Source: an uncultured delta proteobacterium (GTDB lineage Bacteria > Desulfobacterota > Binatia > UBA9968). From it: 64,000 nucleotides of DNA. The position numbers and the translations under genes were made by a program. Positions 38,402 to 50,049 of this stretch are shown here, piece by piece. The stretch lies in contig CAVSHR010000008.1 in NCBI GenBank assembly GCA_963727625.1, positions 288,001 to 352,000 on the forward strand, given 5' to 3'. A model generated the notes under the pieces. The model was not told the origin of the DNA. It worked only from the letters and a program-made list of their open reading frames with translations, and did no database searches. Every line of letters begins with the position of its first letter. Within the stretch, counting starts at the first letter, position 1.

Positions 38402-38926
38402 ATGGCCGCAGAGGCGGGTCTCGTGTACACGATGTTGGTGGAAGTTTATCTCGAGGCGGCCGTCGTGCGCGGCGTTCTGGAAACCAATCAAGATCGGCTG
38501 AGCAGCTATTTAGCTGTCCGGCAGGGAGAAGAAGTATTCGCATTGAAAGAAGCGATACTGCAAGTCCCGGGTCGCGAGCCGGTGTCGGCCGGTTCCCACG
38601 AATATCTACTCTACATGCAGGAAGTATTGCTCATCGCCGACTTGAGCACCGAAGACCCGGCACGCCGCGCTGCTTTGCCGGGCTTGTTTGTTAAAAAAGA
38701 GAAAAGCAAAGCCTTACTTAGCGTCGGTTCATACCTTCTGCAGGGTAACCTACATTTGCAGGCTGGCAGTCCGTTGCAAGAATTTCTGATGGAAAACAGC
38801 CGCTTTCTTCCAGTCACCGAGGCAACGTTGGCGGATCGACCGGATATCGGACCACGCACCTATCTGGTCAACCGCGCCAAGATCGGCTTTCTATCAGCTC
38901 TGGGACAAGATTTGGTCGAATTTTAA
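38402..38926 (+). CDS. Hypothetical protein
   Basis: 174-aa ORF with AAGGAG RBS. Confidence 0.7.
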   Translation: MAAEAGLVYTMLVEVYLEAAVVRGVLETNQDRLSSYLAVRQGEEVFALKEAILQVPGREPVSAGSHEYLLYMQEVLLIADLSTEDPARRAALPGLFVKKEKSKALLSVGSYLLQGNLHLQAGSPLQEFLMENSRFLPVTEATLADRPDIGPRTYLVNRAKIGFLSALGQDLVEF

Positions 38927-38935
38927 AGGGTCGCA

Positions 38936-39259
38936 ATGGCAAGATCGAACCCAACGGAAATTAACCATATTAAATCGCGCAATGTTGTGCGCATAACCTG
39001 GGACGACGGCCACGCTGGCGAGTATGAGGAAATATTCCTGCGCGGCTACTGCCCCTGCGCACTTTGTCAGGGGCACGGAGCGCAGCGCCGTTTCGTCGAC
39101 GTACCGGATGCCAAATTGGTGGCAATTCGTCCGGTGGGCAACTATGCCATCGAGATCGGGTGGGATGACGGCCACAGCACCGGAATTTATACTTTCGACT
39201 ATTTGCGCTCTCTATGCCCCTGCAGCGAGTGTAAGGCGACGACAAGCGACAGTACATAA
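38936..39259 (+). CDS. DUF971 / GBBH-like N-terminal domain protein
   Basis: WDDGH...LRGYCPCALC...VGNYAI..WDDGHSTGIY. Confidence 0.9.
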   Translation: MARSNPTEINHIKSRNVVRITWDDGHAGEYEEIFLRGYCPCALCQGHGAQRRFVDVPDAKLVAIRPVGNYAIEIGWDDGHSTGIYTFDYLRSLCPCSECKATTSDST

Positions 39260-39664
39260 ATGCCGCGAACGACGATCGGCGCTCACCCATTCTCAAGAAT
39301 TTCCCCGGCCTCATGATGCGAAGTCCGCTGATGTACGCTTCGGCGACAGTTCTAGCCGAAGAGACAAGAGCTCGCGCATGGGAAGTTCCAGGAATCTTCT
39401 GCCTTTCCACGGCCAAGCGTTGATTTCCCTTTTGAAACAGACAACGGCGAGCGACGGTCAAGGTTACTCTTTGACAAGGTCGCGACGGGTATTTCTTCTG
39501 AAGATGAGGCGCGCCGGGTCGACCCGGATGGCTTGAGTTTAGTCAATCCGAACACACCTTAGGATTATCAATCGGCGCTGACACTTTGGAGCGCCCGGGC
39601 ACAGTGATGGCAAATTTGAGTAGGCTGCGGCTTTGGCGGCGCAAAAATTCGCTCCGGACGGTGC

Positions 39665-39693
39665 TTGACATACCGGTGGGTTATTTTTACTCT
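39665..39693 (+). promoter_or_regulatory. Sigma-70 promoter for tRNA-Leu/tig
   Basis: TTGACA-N17-TACTCT. Confidence 0.6.
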
Positions 39694-39745
39694 GCACTTC
39701 GAGTTGAAAAGGACTTCAGGAAATTTTGTTGCGAGCCCGCGGTGC

Positions 39746-39828
39746 GCGAGAGTGGCGGAACTGGCAGACGCACTAGACTTAGGATCTAGCGGGCAACCGT
39801 GGGGGTTCGAGTCCCCCCTCTCGCACCA
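39746..39828 (+). tRNA. tRNA-Leu(TAG)
   Basis: CTAGA-CTTAGGA-TCTAG; variable arm; CCA end. Confidence 0.95.
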
Positions 39829-39972
39829 TTGGAAAAAATTTCCAACCGAGCACATTCACAGAAAGGTCAATGTTTAGGGCTTTGGCCGCTTGTTGCAACG
39901 AGAGTGCAAGGCGAACCGTCCCGTCCTCGAACCCACAAGCCAAAGTGCCTGCGGAACATAATAGTAGTGAAC

Positions 39973-41298
39973 ATGAAAATCGACATCGATGAGCTAAGTC
40001 CGGTGCAGCGCAAGGTTCGCGTCGAGCTTCCGGTGGAAACGGTCAGCGGTGAATTCGCACGCGCCTACAAAAACCTGGGCCAGCGCGTCCGCGTCAAAGG
40101 GTTTCGCACCGGTAAAATCCCCAAGCACGTGTTACAGGGGATCTACGGCGACGAGGTGAAAGGCGAAGTTCGGTCGCACTTGGTAGATGAATCGTTAGGC
40201 GAAGCAATCCGCGAAAACGGATTGCAAATCGTGTCGCGGCCGGAGGTCGAAGCCAACGATCTCAGCGAAAACAGCGCGTTTTCGTTCTCCGCCGTGTTCG
40301 AAGTCAAACCCGAAATCGTCGTCAACGATTATCTTGGCATCCAAGTCGAAAAGGTCAAAGTTTCCATCTCCGATGAGCAAGTTGAGGAGGCGCTGAGGCG
40401 GCTGCAAGAGGGGCATGCTCGTCTTGAGCTGGTGGCGGACCGCGATGCCGTGCAAAAATGCGATTTTATCACGCTCGATTTCGAAGGCACGATAGATGGC
40501 AAACCCTTTGCCGGCGGTAAGGGGGAAAATTACACCCTCGAGGTCGGCGGTGGCCACGCCCTGCCGCAATTTGAAGACGCGGTGGTCGGATTGAAAGTGA
40601 ACGAGCAGGAAAACGTTCGGGTGAATTATCCAGAGAATTATCCCAACAAGGAAATTGCCGGCAAAGCGGTCAACTTTTCTCTGGTCGTGCGGGAAATCAA
40701 ACAAAAAATATTGCCTATTCTCGATGATGAATTTGCCAAAGACCATGGCGAATGCGCCTCCCTGGAAGAATTGAAAGGGCGCATTCGGGGACGGCTGGCG
40801 GAAGAGCTGAAACGATACCAGGACGATGAGCTTAAGGAAAAGATCATAAGTCTGCTGATCGAAGCGCACTCGTTTGCGATCCCGCCTTCTATGGTCGAGC
40901 GGCAAACCAGGTATTTGATGGAGCGATACCAGAATCAAGTCGCAACACAGGGCGGCGCTGAAGGCGGCGATACGCCGCCGATGGAAGAGGCGCGGAAAAA
41001 CCTTGAAGCGCGCGCCACGCGCCAGGTGCAGGCGACACTTTTGGTGGAACGCATCGCGCAACTCGAAAAGATCGAGATCGCCGACAAAGAAGTTCAGGAG
41101 CGAATCGATAACTTGGCGCGGGCGGCCGGCGACCGTGCCAAGACCTTACGGGATGTCTATTCACGGCCGGATACTCGGGAGGATCTGCGTGCCCAAATGG
41201 TGTTTGATCGAACCGTCGAATTTTTGCTGGAGCGCGCGAAGATCAAGGATGTCGATTTGCCGCCCTCCAAGGTTGATGAGCAGGCCGAAAAAAGTTAG
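39973..41298 (+). CDS. tig: Trigger factor
   Basis: VKGFRTGKIP ribosome-binding motif, FKBP domain; upstream of clpP. Confidence 0.95.
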   Translation: MKIDIDELSPVQRKVRVELPVETVSGEFARAYKNLGQRVRVKGFRTGKIPKHVLQGIYGDEVKGEVRSHLVDESLGEAIRENGLQIVSRPEVEANDLSENSAFSFSAVFEVKPEIVVNDYLGIQVEKVKVSISDEQVEEALRRLQEGHARLELVADRDAVQKCDFITLDFEGTIDGKPFAGGKGENYTLEVGGGHALPQFEDAVVGLKVNEQENVRVNYPENYPNKEIAGKAVNFSLVVREIKQKILPILDDEFAKDHGECASLEELKGRIRGRLAEELKRYQDDELKEKIISLLIEAHSFAIPPSMVERQTRYLMERYQNQVATQGGAEGGDTPPMEEARKNLEARATRQVQATLLVERIAQLEKIEIADKEVQERIDNLARAAGDRAKTLRDVYSRPDTREDLRAQMVFDRTVEFLLERAKIKDVDLPPSKVDEQAEKS

Positions 41299-41331
41299 AA
41301 TGCTTTTCGTGTTCGAGGTGTTTAACGCTAT

Positions 41332-41946
41332 ATGAACTTCATCCCCATCGTCGTTGAACAAACCGGGCGCGGCGAGCGCGCTTATGATATCTATTCGCGG
41401 CTTTTGAAAGACCGGATTGTATTTCTCGGCTCTGTTATCAACGACGAAGTCGCCAATCTCATTACCGCTCAATTGCTATTTCTCGAATCCGAGGACCCAG
41501 AACGGGATATTTTCTTCTACATTAATAGCCCAGGTGGTGCGGTGACCGCCGGCTTGGCGATTTACGACACCATGCAATACGTCCGGCCGCAGATTTCAAC
41601 GGTCTGTGTCGGGCAAGCGGCCAGTATGGGGGCGGTCTTGCTGGCGGCCGGGACCAAAGGCAAGCGTTTCGCGTTGCCTCATTCGCGCATCATGATTCAC
41701 CAGCCTTTGGGTGGTTTTCAAGGTCAGGCCGCCGACATCGACATCCAAGCCCGCGAGATTCTACGCATGCGGGAAGAGCTAAACAATATTCTCATGAAGC
41801 ATACCGGGCAGAGCTTGAAGAAAATCGAAAAAGACACGGATCGAGACATGTTCATGAACGGCAAGCAAGCCCAAGAATACGGCGTGGTCGACGAAGTGAT
41901 AGCAACTCGGCCCGATTCCTCTGTCAAAAAGTCATCGTCAGTTTAA
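41332..41946 (+). CDS. clpP: ATP-dependent Clp protease proteolytic subunit
   Basis: [30 protein letters not shown]. Confidence 0.98.
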   Translation: MNFIPIVVEQTGRGERAYDIYSRLLKDRIVFLGSVINDEVANLITAQLLFLESEDPERDIFFYINSPGGAVTAGLAIYDTMQYVRPQISTVCVGQAASMGAVLLAAGTKGKRFALPHSRIMIHQPLGGFQGQAADIDIQAREILRMREELNNILMKHTGQSLKKIEKDTDRDMFMNGKQAQEYGVVDEVIATRPDSSVKKSSSV

Positions 41947-41957
41947 GCGGGGGTTCT

Positions 41958-43211
41958 ATGGCCAAGCACGGTGAGCATGGATCGGGAAATCTCGTCTGCT
42001 CTTTCTGCGGGAAGAGTCAAGACGAGGTGCGTAAGTTAATCGCCGGTCCGACCGTATATATTTGCGATGAGTGCATCGATCTGTGCAACGATATTATCGC
42101 CGAGGAATGCGATCACGACGAAAACATCAGCTCCTCATCGAACGTTCCGAAACCCATCGAGATCAAACGCGTGCTCGATCAGTACGTCATCGGCCAGGAA
42201 CGCGCTAAGAAAATCCTCGCTGTCGCGGTCCACAATCACTATAAACGGATCGACAGCCAGTTGGTGACCGGCGAGGTCGAATTGCAAAAAAGCAACATCC
42301 TTCTGCTCGGGCCGACCGGCTCGGGTAAAACACTGCTGGCTCAGACACTCGCGCGTTTTTTGCAAGTGCCGTTTACGATCGCCGATGCCACGAGTCTCAC
42401 TGAGGCCGGCTATGTTGGCGAGGATGTTGAAAATATCATTCTCAATTTGCTTCAATCGGCGGACTATGATGTCGAAAAGGCGCAGCGGGGCATCGTTTAT
42501 ATAGACGAAATCGACAAAATCTCCCGTAAATCGGATAATCCGTCGATTACTCGCGACGTCTCGGGCGAGGGAGTGCAGCAAGCGTTGCTGAAAATCATCG
42601 AAGGCACGATGGCGAGCGTGCCCCCCAAGGGCGGGCGCAAGCACCCGCAGCAAGAATTTTTGCAGGTGGATACCACCAATATTCTTTTCATCTGCGGCGG
42701 CGCCTTCGTCGGTTTGGACGACATCATCCGTAAACGAACCGGGCGCAAACGCATGGGGTTTGGCGGCCAGCTAGACGACAAGGACGGCCGTCGGCCCACT
42801 GACCTGCTTCATGACGTGCAAACCGAGGACTTGTTGAAGTTTGGGCTGATTCCCGAGTTCATCGGTCGCTTGCCGGTGATCGCGACGCTCGAGGAATTGG
42901 ACGAATCCGCGTTAATGCGAATTCTCAAGGAACCGAAAAATGCTTTGACGAAACAGTATTCAAAACTATTTGAGATGGAATCCGTGCATCTGAAATTTAC
43001 CGAAGAGGCGCTGCGAGCGATTGCTCTTGACGCCATGAAGCGGAAATCGGGTGCGCGCGGGCTACGTGCGATCATGGAAAATATCATGTTAGATATCATG
43101 TACGACATGCCCTCACAGCCAAATATCAAGGAAGTCGTGATTTCAGAGGATGTCGTGGAAAGACATGAACCTCCGATCGTCGTATACACCAAGGCCGCAG
43201 AGAGCGCTTAG
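41958..43211 (+). CDS. clpX: ATP-dependent Clp protease ATP-binding subunit
   Basis: CSFCGK zinc finger, [13 protein letters not shown]. Confidence 0.98.
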   Translation: MAKHGEHGSGNLVCSFCGKSQDEVRKLIAGPTVYICDECIDLCNDIIAEECDHDENISSSSNVPKPIEIKRVLDQYVIGQERAKKILAVAVHNHYKRIDSQLVTGEVELQKSNILLLGPTGSGKTLLAQTLARFLQVPFTIADATSLTEAGYVGEDVENIILNLLQSADYDVEKAQRGIVYIDEIDKISRKSDNPSITRDVSGEGVQQALLKIIEGTMASVPPKGGRKHPQQEFLQVDTTNILFICGGAFVGLDDIIRKRTGRKRMGFGGQLDDKDGRRPTDLLHDVQTEDLLKFGLIPEFIGRLPVIATLEELDESALMRILKEPKNALTKQYSKLFEMESVHLKFTEEALRAIALDAMKRKSGARGLRAIMENIMLDIMYDMPSQPNIKEVVISEDVVERHEPPIVVYTKAAESA

Positions 43212-43223
43212 GAGGGGATCTCT

Positions 43224-45689
43224 ATGCTATTTCGGAACGATAAAAAAGACGACAGGGAACAAGGCTCGGGGCCCGCGCGCGTTCCCCTGCTTCCGCTGCG
43301 CGATATCATCGTATTCCCCCATATGGTCGTGCCGCTTTTCGTCGGCCGGCAGCGCTCCATCAAGGCCCTCGAAGATGCGACCCAGAAGCAGAGCCTAATT
43401 TTTCTCTCGTCCCAGAAGGACGCCAAAACCAACGATCCCACCGAGGAAGATATTTATAAAATCGGCACGCTGGGTTCGGTCGTGCAAATGCTCAAGCTCC
43501 CCGACGGCACGGTCAAGGTTCTTATCGAAGGGAAGAGGAGAGCGGGGGTCGCCAAATTTGTTTCCAATGCGGATTTTTTCTTGGTGGACGTCGAAGAAGC
43601 GCCGGAGGTTGTCGATCGCAATACCGAGGTTGAAGCGCTGGTACGAGAAGTTCACACTACGTTCGAAAATTATGTAAAGCTCAAGAAGAAGATACCGCCA
43701 GAAATGGTGATGTCGGTGTCTTCCATCGATGATCCGGGACGGTTGGCGGATACCATCGTGGCCCATTTGGGCATTAAGCTAGAAGACCGCCAGAATCTTC
43801 TGGAGACTTTTAACGCCGCTGAGAGGTTGGAAAAAGTCCTTGGTCACATGCGCGCCGAAATCGAGATCCTGGAAGTCGAACGGCGCATTCGTTCACGCGT
43901 GAAGAAACAGATGGAGCGCTCGCAAAAAGAATATTATCTAAACGAGCAGATGCGCGCGATCCAAAAAGAGCTTGGCGAAAAGGATGAGTTCAAGAATGAA
44001 ATTCAGGAAATAGAAGACAAGCTCAAACAGAAAAAACTTTCGGCTGAAGCTAAGGACAAGGTCGAGAAGGAACTCAAGAAACTTAAAATGATGTCGCCCA
44101 TGTCGGCGGAAGCCACCGTGGTGCGAAACTATATTGATTGGATCTTGAGCCTGCCGTGGAACGAATTTACCGACGACAAGCTTGATATCAACGAAGCCGA
44201 ACGCGTGCTTGAAGAAGATCACTACGGTCTGGAGAAGGTCAAGGAGCGCATTCTCGAGTATCTTGCTGTGCAGAGCTTAGTGGGCAAAATCAAAGGTCCG
44301 ATCCTTTGCCTGGTCGGACCTCCGGGCGTTGGTAAAACTTCGCTAGGGCGATCGATCGCCAGGGCCACCGGCCGAAAATTCGTACGAGTTTCACTCGGTG
44401 GCGTGCGCGACGAAGCCGAGATCCGCGGCCACAGGCGCACTTACATCGGCGCTTTGCCGGGAAAAATCGTTCAATCCATGAAAAAAGCCGGGTCGAGCAA
44501 TCCGGTATTTCTCATGGACGAGATCGATAAGATGTCGACGGATTTTCGCGGCGACCCGTCGTCCGCGCTGCTCGAGGTCTTAGACCCCGAGCAAAATACA
44601 ACTTTCAATGATCATTACCTCGATCTCGACTATGATTTGTCGAAAGTGATGTTCATTACAACAGCCAACACTTTGGACCGGATTCCCCGACCCTTGCAGG
44701 ACCGCATGGAAATCATTCGCATTGCTGGCTATACGGAGCTGGAAAAACTCAGTATCGCCAAAAAATACCTTGTGGAAAAACAGAAAGAGGCCAACGGGCT
44801 GAATACGGACAACCTAGTTTTCACGGATACTGCGATCCTTGGTGTCATCCGGCACTATACTAAGGAGGCGGGAGTTCGCAGCCTGGAACGCGAGATTGCC
44901 GCCATTTGTCGCAAAATCGCAGTGGAAGTGGTGCGCAAGGACCGCGATTCCCACATTCAGGTCGGATCTAAGAGCATCCACAAATATCTCGGACCGATCA
45001 AATTTCGTTACGGTAAGGCCGATGCAGAGGTCAAAATCGGTGTAACCACCGGCTTGGCCTGGACCGAATTGGGCGGCGAGCTATTAGCTACCGAGGTCAC
45101 GATTATGCCCGGTAAAGGGCAACTGATCATTACTGGTAAACTCGGCGACGTAATGCAGGAGTCGGCACAGGCGGCGATGAGCTACGTGCGTTCTCGCGCG
45201 GCCGAGCTCGGGTTGGAGCGGGATTTTTATCAGAAGCTGGATGTGCACATTCATGTGCCTGAGGGCGCGATCCCCAAAGACGGCCCGTCCGCCGGTATCA
45301 CCATGGCAACTTCTTTGGTTTCCGCGCTGATGAAAATTCCGGTCCATAACGATTTGGCGATGACCGGTGAAATTACATTGCGCGGCAACGTGCTGCCGAT
45401 CGGTGGATTGAAAGAAAAAGTCTTGGCGGCTCATCGCGCCGGAATCAAGCGGGTTTTGATTCCCGCGGAGAATGAAAAAGACATCGAGGAGATCCCCAGC
45501 ACGGTGCTCAAAACCGTCGAACTGGAGTTAGTGTCCCATATGGACGATGTTTTGAAGAAAGCGCTGGTGATCAATGATCCGGCCCGACTGTTCCGCAATC
45601 CACCGGAGGAGAGTCAGTCGAAGGATGAGCCTCCCGCATTCACCGAGAAGGTCAACGAAGTGCCTGCCTCTGAGATTTTACCGCAATAA
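43224..45689 (+). CDS. lon: Lon protease
   Basis: [17 protein letters not shown]. Confidence 0.98.
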   Translation: MLFRNDKKDDREQGSGPARVPLLPLRDIIVFPHMVVPLFVGRQRSIKALEDATQKQSLIFLSSQKDAKTNDPTEEDIYKIGTLGSVVQMLKLPDGTVKVLIEGKRRAGVAKFVSNADFFLVDVEEAPEVVDRNTEVEALVREVHTTFENYVKLKKKIPPEMVMSVSSIDDPGRLADTIVAHLGIKLEDRQNLLETFNAAERLEKVLGHMRAEIEILEVERRIRSRVKKQMERSQKEYYLNEQMRAIQKELGEKDEFKNEIQEIEDKLKQKKLSAEAKDKVEKELKKLKMMSPMSAEATVVRNYIDWILSLPWNEFTDDKLDINEAERVLEEDHYGLEKVKERILEYLAVQSLVGKIKGPILCLVGPPGVGKTSLGRSIARATGRKFVRVSLGGVRDEAEIRGHRRTYIGALPGKIVQSMKKAGSSNPVFLMDEIDKMSTDFRGDPSSALLEVLDPEQNTTFNDHYLDLDYDLSKVMFITTANTLDRIPRPLQDRMEIIRIAGYTELEKLSIAKKYLVEKQKEANGLNTDNLVFTDTAILGVIRHYTKEAGVRSLEREIAAICRKIAVEVVRKDRDSHIQVGSKSIHKYLGPIKFRYGKADAEVKIGVTTGLAWTELGGELLATEVTIMPGKGQLIITGKLGDVMQESAQAAMSYVRSRAAELGLERDFYQKLDVHIHVPEGAIPKDGPSAGITMATSLVSALMKIPVHNDLAMTGEITLRGNVLPIGGLKEKVLAAHRAGIKRVLIPAENEKDIEEIPSTVLKTVELELVSHMDDVLKKALVINDPARLFRNPPEESQSKDEPPAFTEKVNEVPASEILPQ

Positions 45690-45711
45690 CAGTATTCAAA
45701 TAACCGAAAAA

Positions 45712-45751
45712 GTGCCGGGTGTTTGACACCCGGCACTCGTGCTGTTATAAA
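45712..45751 (+). promoter_or_regulatory. Hairpin after lon overlapping a sigma-70 promoter
   Basis: GTGCCGGGTG-TTTGA-CACCCGGCAC; TTGACA(45723)-N17-TATAAA(45746). Confidence 0.6.
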
Positions 45752-46127
45752 ACCGCATCGCGTAACCCGCCAAACCGCGCGTTATTTTTGTTCCTGGTTG
45801 ATGTTTGCCCGAGAGCATGCCGGGAGGATTCGTGTCTGGCAGAGTGTGTGGTAACAAAAGGGAATCAGCGGCTTGGGCTGAATCATCGATTTAATATTCG
45901 CAGTAGCTTTGGTGGGATTTGAGCCCCGGTGAAGTAATATGAATTATCTCGTGAGTCGCCGGTTCAAATATACAATTGCCACCTTTCGGCTGGTAAATTG
46001 TGAGCCGGAAAAATCCTGAGAGGTTGCCAAGATTAGGTTGGCTGGTAAAAAGCGGCGCCGAGGCGGGAGAGGTTTCTGCTCGTGCTAAAAAATTCTCTGC
46101 TGTAGCGTAGGCGGATGATTTAGCGGG

Positions 46128-46202
46128 GGGCGGTTAGCTCAGCGGGAGAGCATCGGCCTTACAAGCCGGGGGTCACAGGTTCAAATCCTGTACCGCCCAC
46201 CA
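46128..46202 (+). tRNA. tRNA-Val(TAC)
   Basis: TCGGC-CTTACAA-GCCGG; CCA end. Confidence 0.95.
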
Positions 46203-46228
46203 GGGGACGCACCAAAGAGCGCAATGTC

Positions 46229-46305
<77 letters not shown>

Positions 46306-46359
46306 CCTCTCCGCTCATTGGTGCGGTTCAAGAGATGAACGAGTAGTGGAGCGAGTGCC

Positions 46360-46785
46360 ATGAATAAAGAAGAAGCTCTGTCCCAACGACGATGGTACGT
46401 TGTCGACGCGCAAGGCAAGGTTCTTGGGCGGATGGCCACCGAGATCGCGAAGGTGTTGCGTGGAAAGCACAAACCCATTTTCACGCCGAATCAGGACGCT
46501 GGCGACTTCGTTATTGTCGTCAATGCGCGCGCCGTGAAACTGACGGGTACCAAGCTGGAAAAGAAGATGTATTTTCGGCACACCGAATATCCCGGCGGGA
46601 TCAGGGAGCGCACAGCGGCGCAAATGCTTGAAGAAAAGCCCGAAGAACTAGTGATGCTTGCCGTAAAGGGGATGCTGCCTAAGAACCGGTTGAGCCGGAA
46701 GCTGGTGACCAAGCTCAAAGTCTATGCTGGTCCTGAGCACCCTCATGACGCGCAAAAACCACAACCTCTGGCGATCGTAGCGTAG
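46360..46785 (+). CDS. rplM: 50S ribosomal protein L13
   Basis: WYVVDA..KVLGR...LRGKHKP. Confidence 0.98.
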   Translation: MNKEEALSQRRWYVVDAQGKVLGRMATEIAKVLRGKHKPIFTPNQDAGDFVIVVNARAVKLTGTKLEKKMYFRHTEYPGGIRERTAAQMLEEKPEELVMLAVKGMLPKNRLSRKLVTKLKVYAGPEHPHDAQKPQPLAIVA

Positions 46786-46793
46786 GAGAACCA

Positions 46794-47186
46794 ATGGCGG
46801 ACAAAGCTTTTACAGCGACTGGACGACGAAAGACTTCCGTTGCCCGCGTGTTCTTGAAACCGGGTAAGGGCAAAATTACGATCAACGCTCGGCCTTTGCA
46901 AGAATACTTCGGCCGTGAAACGGCTCGCATGATTGTGCTCCAACCATTTGAACTTACACAAACGACAGACAGCTTTGATATCGATATAAACGTTGTTGGC
47001 GGTGGCAACTCGGGCCAGGCTGGCGCGATTCGCCACGGGATTACCCGTGCATTGATGCGGGTCAATCCGGATTTCCGAGCGCCGCTCAAAAAGGCGGGCT
47101 TCGTCACTCGTGATCCGCGCGCCGTAGAGCGTAAAAAATACGGCCGCCACAAAGCGCGGAAGCGACCGCAATATTCCAAGCGGTAA
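46794..47186 (+). CDS. rpsI: 30S ribosomal protein S9
   Basis: [22 protein letters not shown]. Confidence 0.98.
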   Translation: MADKAFTATGRRKTSVARVFLKPGKGKITINARPLQEYFGRETARMIVLQPFELTQTTDSFDIDINVVGGGNSGQAGAIRHGITRALMRVNPDFRAPLKKAGFVTRDPRAVERKKYGRHKARKRPQYSKR

Positions 47187-47665
47187 ATATCTCCAGAATT
47201 TGTCTGCGGTTTTGGCCAGTTCGTATTGCGCGCCGGTCGCCTAACAGGCAACGATCAAAGCCGCGTAATTTCTTAATCCCGTCGCAAAAACCGCAATCTT
47301 CCGCGCCGGCCATTTTAGCCGATCTCTATGGATTCCGTTGTGTTGGGGGTTTGAAACGCCCCGCGTAGCGCAAACCCTACGCTTACGATTTTACAGTGAT
47401 CCAATATCCAGGTTAATTCCCCCGCAGTAAGTTCACGCCGCGCAGCTGCCTTGAATCTCAGCAACATTGAAATTTATCGTGCTATCTATTGCGCGATAAA
47501 ACCTGTTTCGTGCGGGAACTGGCTGGGACCGTCAAATCGCGCCACATGCAAACGATAGCGGCGTATTCTTGATGTTTGCAGATTATAGTGACTAGCTTTT
47601 GGCCGACATTCATAGGGGAAAAAGTATTGCGATCCGTCACAATATTTTACAAACCTCAATAATTG

Positions 47666-48775
47666 TTATTCCTCTGCGGTAAAGAAAAACAAACCGATCA
47701 TTGCGAAAATAACATTGGTTGCCCATGCTGAGATCCACGCCGGCATGGCGCCGCTATGGCCCAAAGATATGCAGAAGGCCGACAGAACCCAATAACCAAA
47801 TGCGATTACCATGGCGATGCCGAAACTCAACGAAATGCTGCCGCTCAATCGTCGCTTAAGTGCAAACGGGATCGCCAGTAGCACCATCAAAGGCGCGATG
47901 AACGGCAAAGCGATTTTAATCTGCAGATCGACTTCGGACGAAGTCGTGTCGATGCCCTTATTTTTCATATCGGTGATCTGTTTCTGGAGGTCGAAGTAAG
48001 AAAACTCTTCGGGGTCGCGCGCCAAGAGCTTGAGATCCTCCGGTGTTTCCGAAATGGGCAACGCGGCCGTCACCGTTTGTCGACTCGTTTGACCGTTTGC
48101 AAGAAAATTCCACTCCGTAGCCTGGTCGGTTGCCCATCGCCTGCCGTTCCATTGGGCCTTGGGAATCTCCACGAGAGCGCGTAGGCCGAAATCGCGGTTG
48201 AGAAGAAAAATCGTCACTGTATCGAGTTGGCCGGCGCGGGTGTCGAAGTAACCGACGTTGATAAAACTACCGTCGCCGCGGATCCATATATCATGGGTTC
48301 CTAAAAGGCTTCGTTGCTGTTTATTTTTGATTTCGGTTTTGTAGATGTTTTGTGCGTTGTGAGTAAAAATGGGGACGAGGGTTTCGTTCCAGACGAAAGT
48401 AGAACCGCAAATTATTAACGCCAGGAGCAAAAGCGGCAAGGCAATCCTTTCTACGGAGATCCCGCTGGAACGGATCGCCGTGATCTCGTGCGTTCGGACC
48501 AAAGACCCGAGGCAAAACAGAGTCGAAAAAAGCGCGGCAAATCCAACCACCCGCGAAATCAGCAGCGGCGCCTTATAAAAAAAATAGCGCATGATGCTCG
48601 ACATGGTCGCACCGCTATCCAGCAAGGTGCCGATACGGTCGAAAAAATCGACCGTGACGTAAAGCGACGTTACTACGGCCAGGCTGATGAAAAATATCCG
48701 AATAAATCCAACCACTAAATAGCGGTCTAAAATGCTACCGACGGGAAGAAATTTGAATCGCAGTTTGGTCGCCAT
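47666..48775 (-). CDS. lptG: LPS export permease LptG
   Basis: ILDRYL, EITAIRSSGIS, six-TM LptF/G layout. Confidence 0.88.
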   Translation of the reverse strand: MATKLRFKFLPVGSILDRYLVVGFIRIFFISLAVVTSLYVTVDFFDRIGTLLDSGATMSSIMRYFFYKAPLLISRVVGFAALFSTLFCLGSLVRTHEITAIRSSGISVERIALPLLLLALIICGSTFVWNETLVPIFTHNAQNIYKTEIKNKQQRSLLGTHDIWIRGDGSFINVGYFDTRAGQLDTVTIFLLNRDFGLRALVEIPKAQWNGRRWATDQATEWNFLANGQTSRQTVTAALPISETPEDLKLLARDPEEFSYFDLQKQITDMKNKGIDTTSSEVDLQIKIALPFIAPLMVLLAIPFALKRRLSGSISLSFGIAMVIAFGYWVLSAFCISLGHSGAMPAWISAWATNVIFAMIGLFFFTAEE

Positions 48776-48803
48776 GGGGTTTCCTAGTTGGGCCGAACGG
48801 GCT

Positions 48804-49982
48804 TTACCTTCTGCGCCAGCGACTGGCCAACGCAAGCGCGTTTTCCAACACTCGTGGCAGGAAAAGCGGCACTTCCCGCTGCGCATGGTTGAAGAAGTGG
48901 AGTCCGATTGCGGCTACGACGAGGTTAGGTAACCATGTCGCTGGCACCGGATGAAGAATGTTCTTATCGCCGAGCGCCTTGCCGAGGGAAAGGAGGGCGT
49001 AGTACGCCATGAGCCAAAATAGGCATAACATAAATCCCCACGACCGATTCGCCCGAGAGGTTCGCGGAAGAAGAGTCAGCGATACTCCTAGGAGGCAAAA
49101 TATCAACGGGACAAAGCCGAAGGAAATCCGCTGATGCAGCTCCATTCTCTCTCCGATGGCGTTGGCGCCACGGCTCTGCTTGGCCGAGATGGCTTTCAAG
49201 AGATCGGAAAGCGGCATTTCCTTCGGTCCCGATTCACGTTGGCGCACCGGTCCAACGAGGTCATCCAAGTCGAGTTTAAAATCATAAATATTAAAACGCG
49301 TCTGGCTGAAGCCGGGCCGCGATCTTTCGCGCTCATAAATCGATCCGTCGAATAACCGGAGACCCAAGCTATTGGTTTCTTCGTCGGTGGTGATGCGCGC
49401 GACCTTGCCGAGTATGATGTCCTCGCGCGACCTATCACGGTTGTCGACAATGAGTACTCCTTGAGCGGTGTTGCCCGGCGGCACGATTTCTTCCACGTAG
49501 ATCAAAATTTTTGGAAAGTCGTCATTGAAGACTTTTTCCTTTAGAGCAGTGCCGATGCGGCTCTTGGCAATATTGTAAAGTTCCTTCTTTAGTGCGAAGT
49601 TCGCCGCTGGGCGGACAAACATTGTCAAGGCGAAGGTCGCTAAGGTGATGACCACGGCGATCAGTATCGTAGGCCAGAGTATTTGCGTGGGACTGACGCC
49701 CGACGCTTTCATGGCCAATAGTTCTTGATCATTGGACATGCGCCCGAGTCCTAAAAGAATAGCCAGCAAGAAGGCCATCGGCACGGTCATTTCCAGAAAT
49801 GTCGGCAGAATCAGCGAGAAAAGTTTGGCGATTTGTAGTAACGGGACGCCCCTTGTGACTACTAATTCGATGAGTTTGATCATCCGCCCGATCAACAGAA
49901 TGAACGTAAACGCCAAAAGGCCGACAAAAAAAGGCGGAAGAATTTCCGAAATGAGATAACGAGAGAGGATCCTGCGTTTCAC
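48804..49982 (-). CDS. lptF: LPS export permease LptF
   Basis: ILSRYLISE, GRMSNDQELLAMKASGVS. Confidence 0.9.
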   Translation of the reverse strand: MKRRILSRYLISEILPPFFVGLLAFTFILLIGRMIKLIELVVTRGVPLLQIAKLFSLILPTFLEMTVPMAFLLAILLGLGRMSNDQELLAMKASGVSPTQILWPTILIAVVITLATFALTMFVRPAANFALKKELYNIAKSRIGTALKEKVFNDDFPKILIYVEEIVPPGNTAQGVLIVDNRDRSREDIILGKVARITTDEETNSLGLRLFDGSIYERERSRPGFSQTRFNIYDFKLDLDDLVGPVRQRESGPKEMPLSDLLKAISAKQSRGANAIGERMELHQRISFGFVPLIFCLLGVSLTLLPRTSRANRSWGFMLCLFWLMAYYALLSLGKALGDKNILHPVPATWLPNLVVAAIGLHFFNHAQREVPLFLPRVLENALALASRWRRR

Positions 49983-50049
49983 TGTGCGGCCATGTTAACT
50001 GGTGCGTAATTCAATGTAAAATCCTCCGGTCGCAGGAGCACGGCAAGCG

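Noticed and set aside
47104-47665. CxxC-containing ORF 47104..47313 (-) and palindromes in the rpsI-lptG gap
   Set aside because: The ORF overlaps rpsI antisense; the palindromes match no motif I can support
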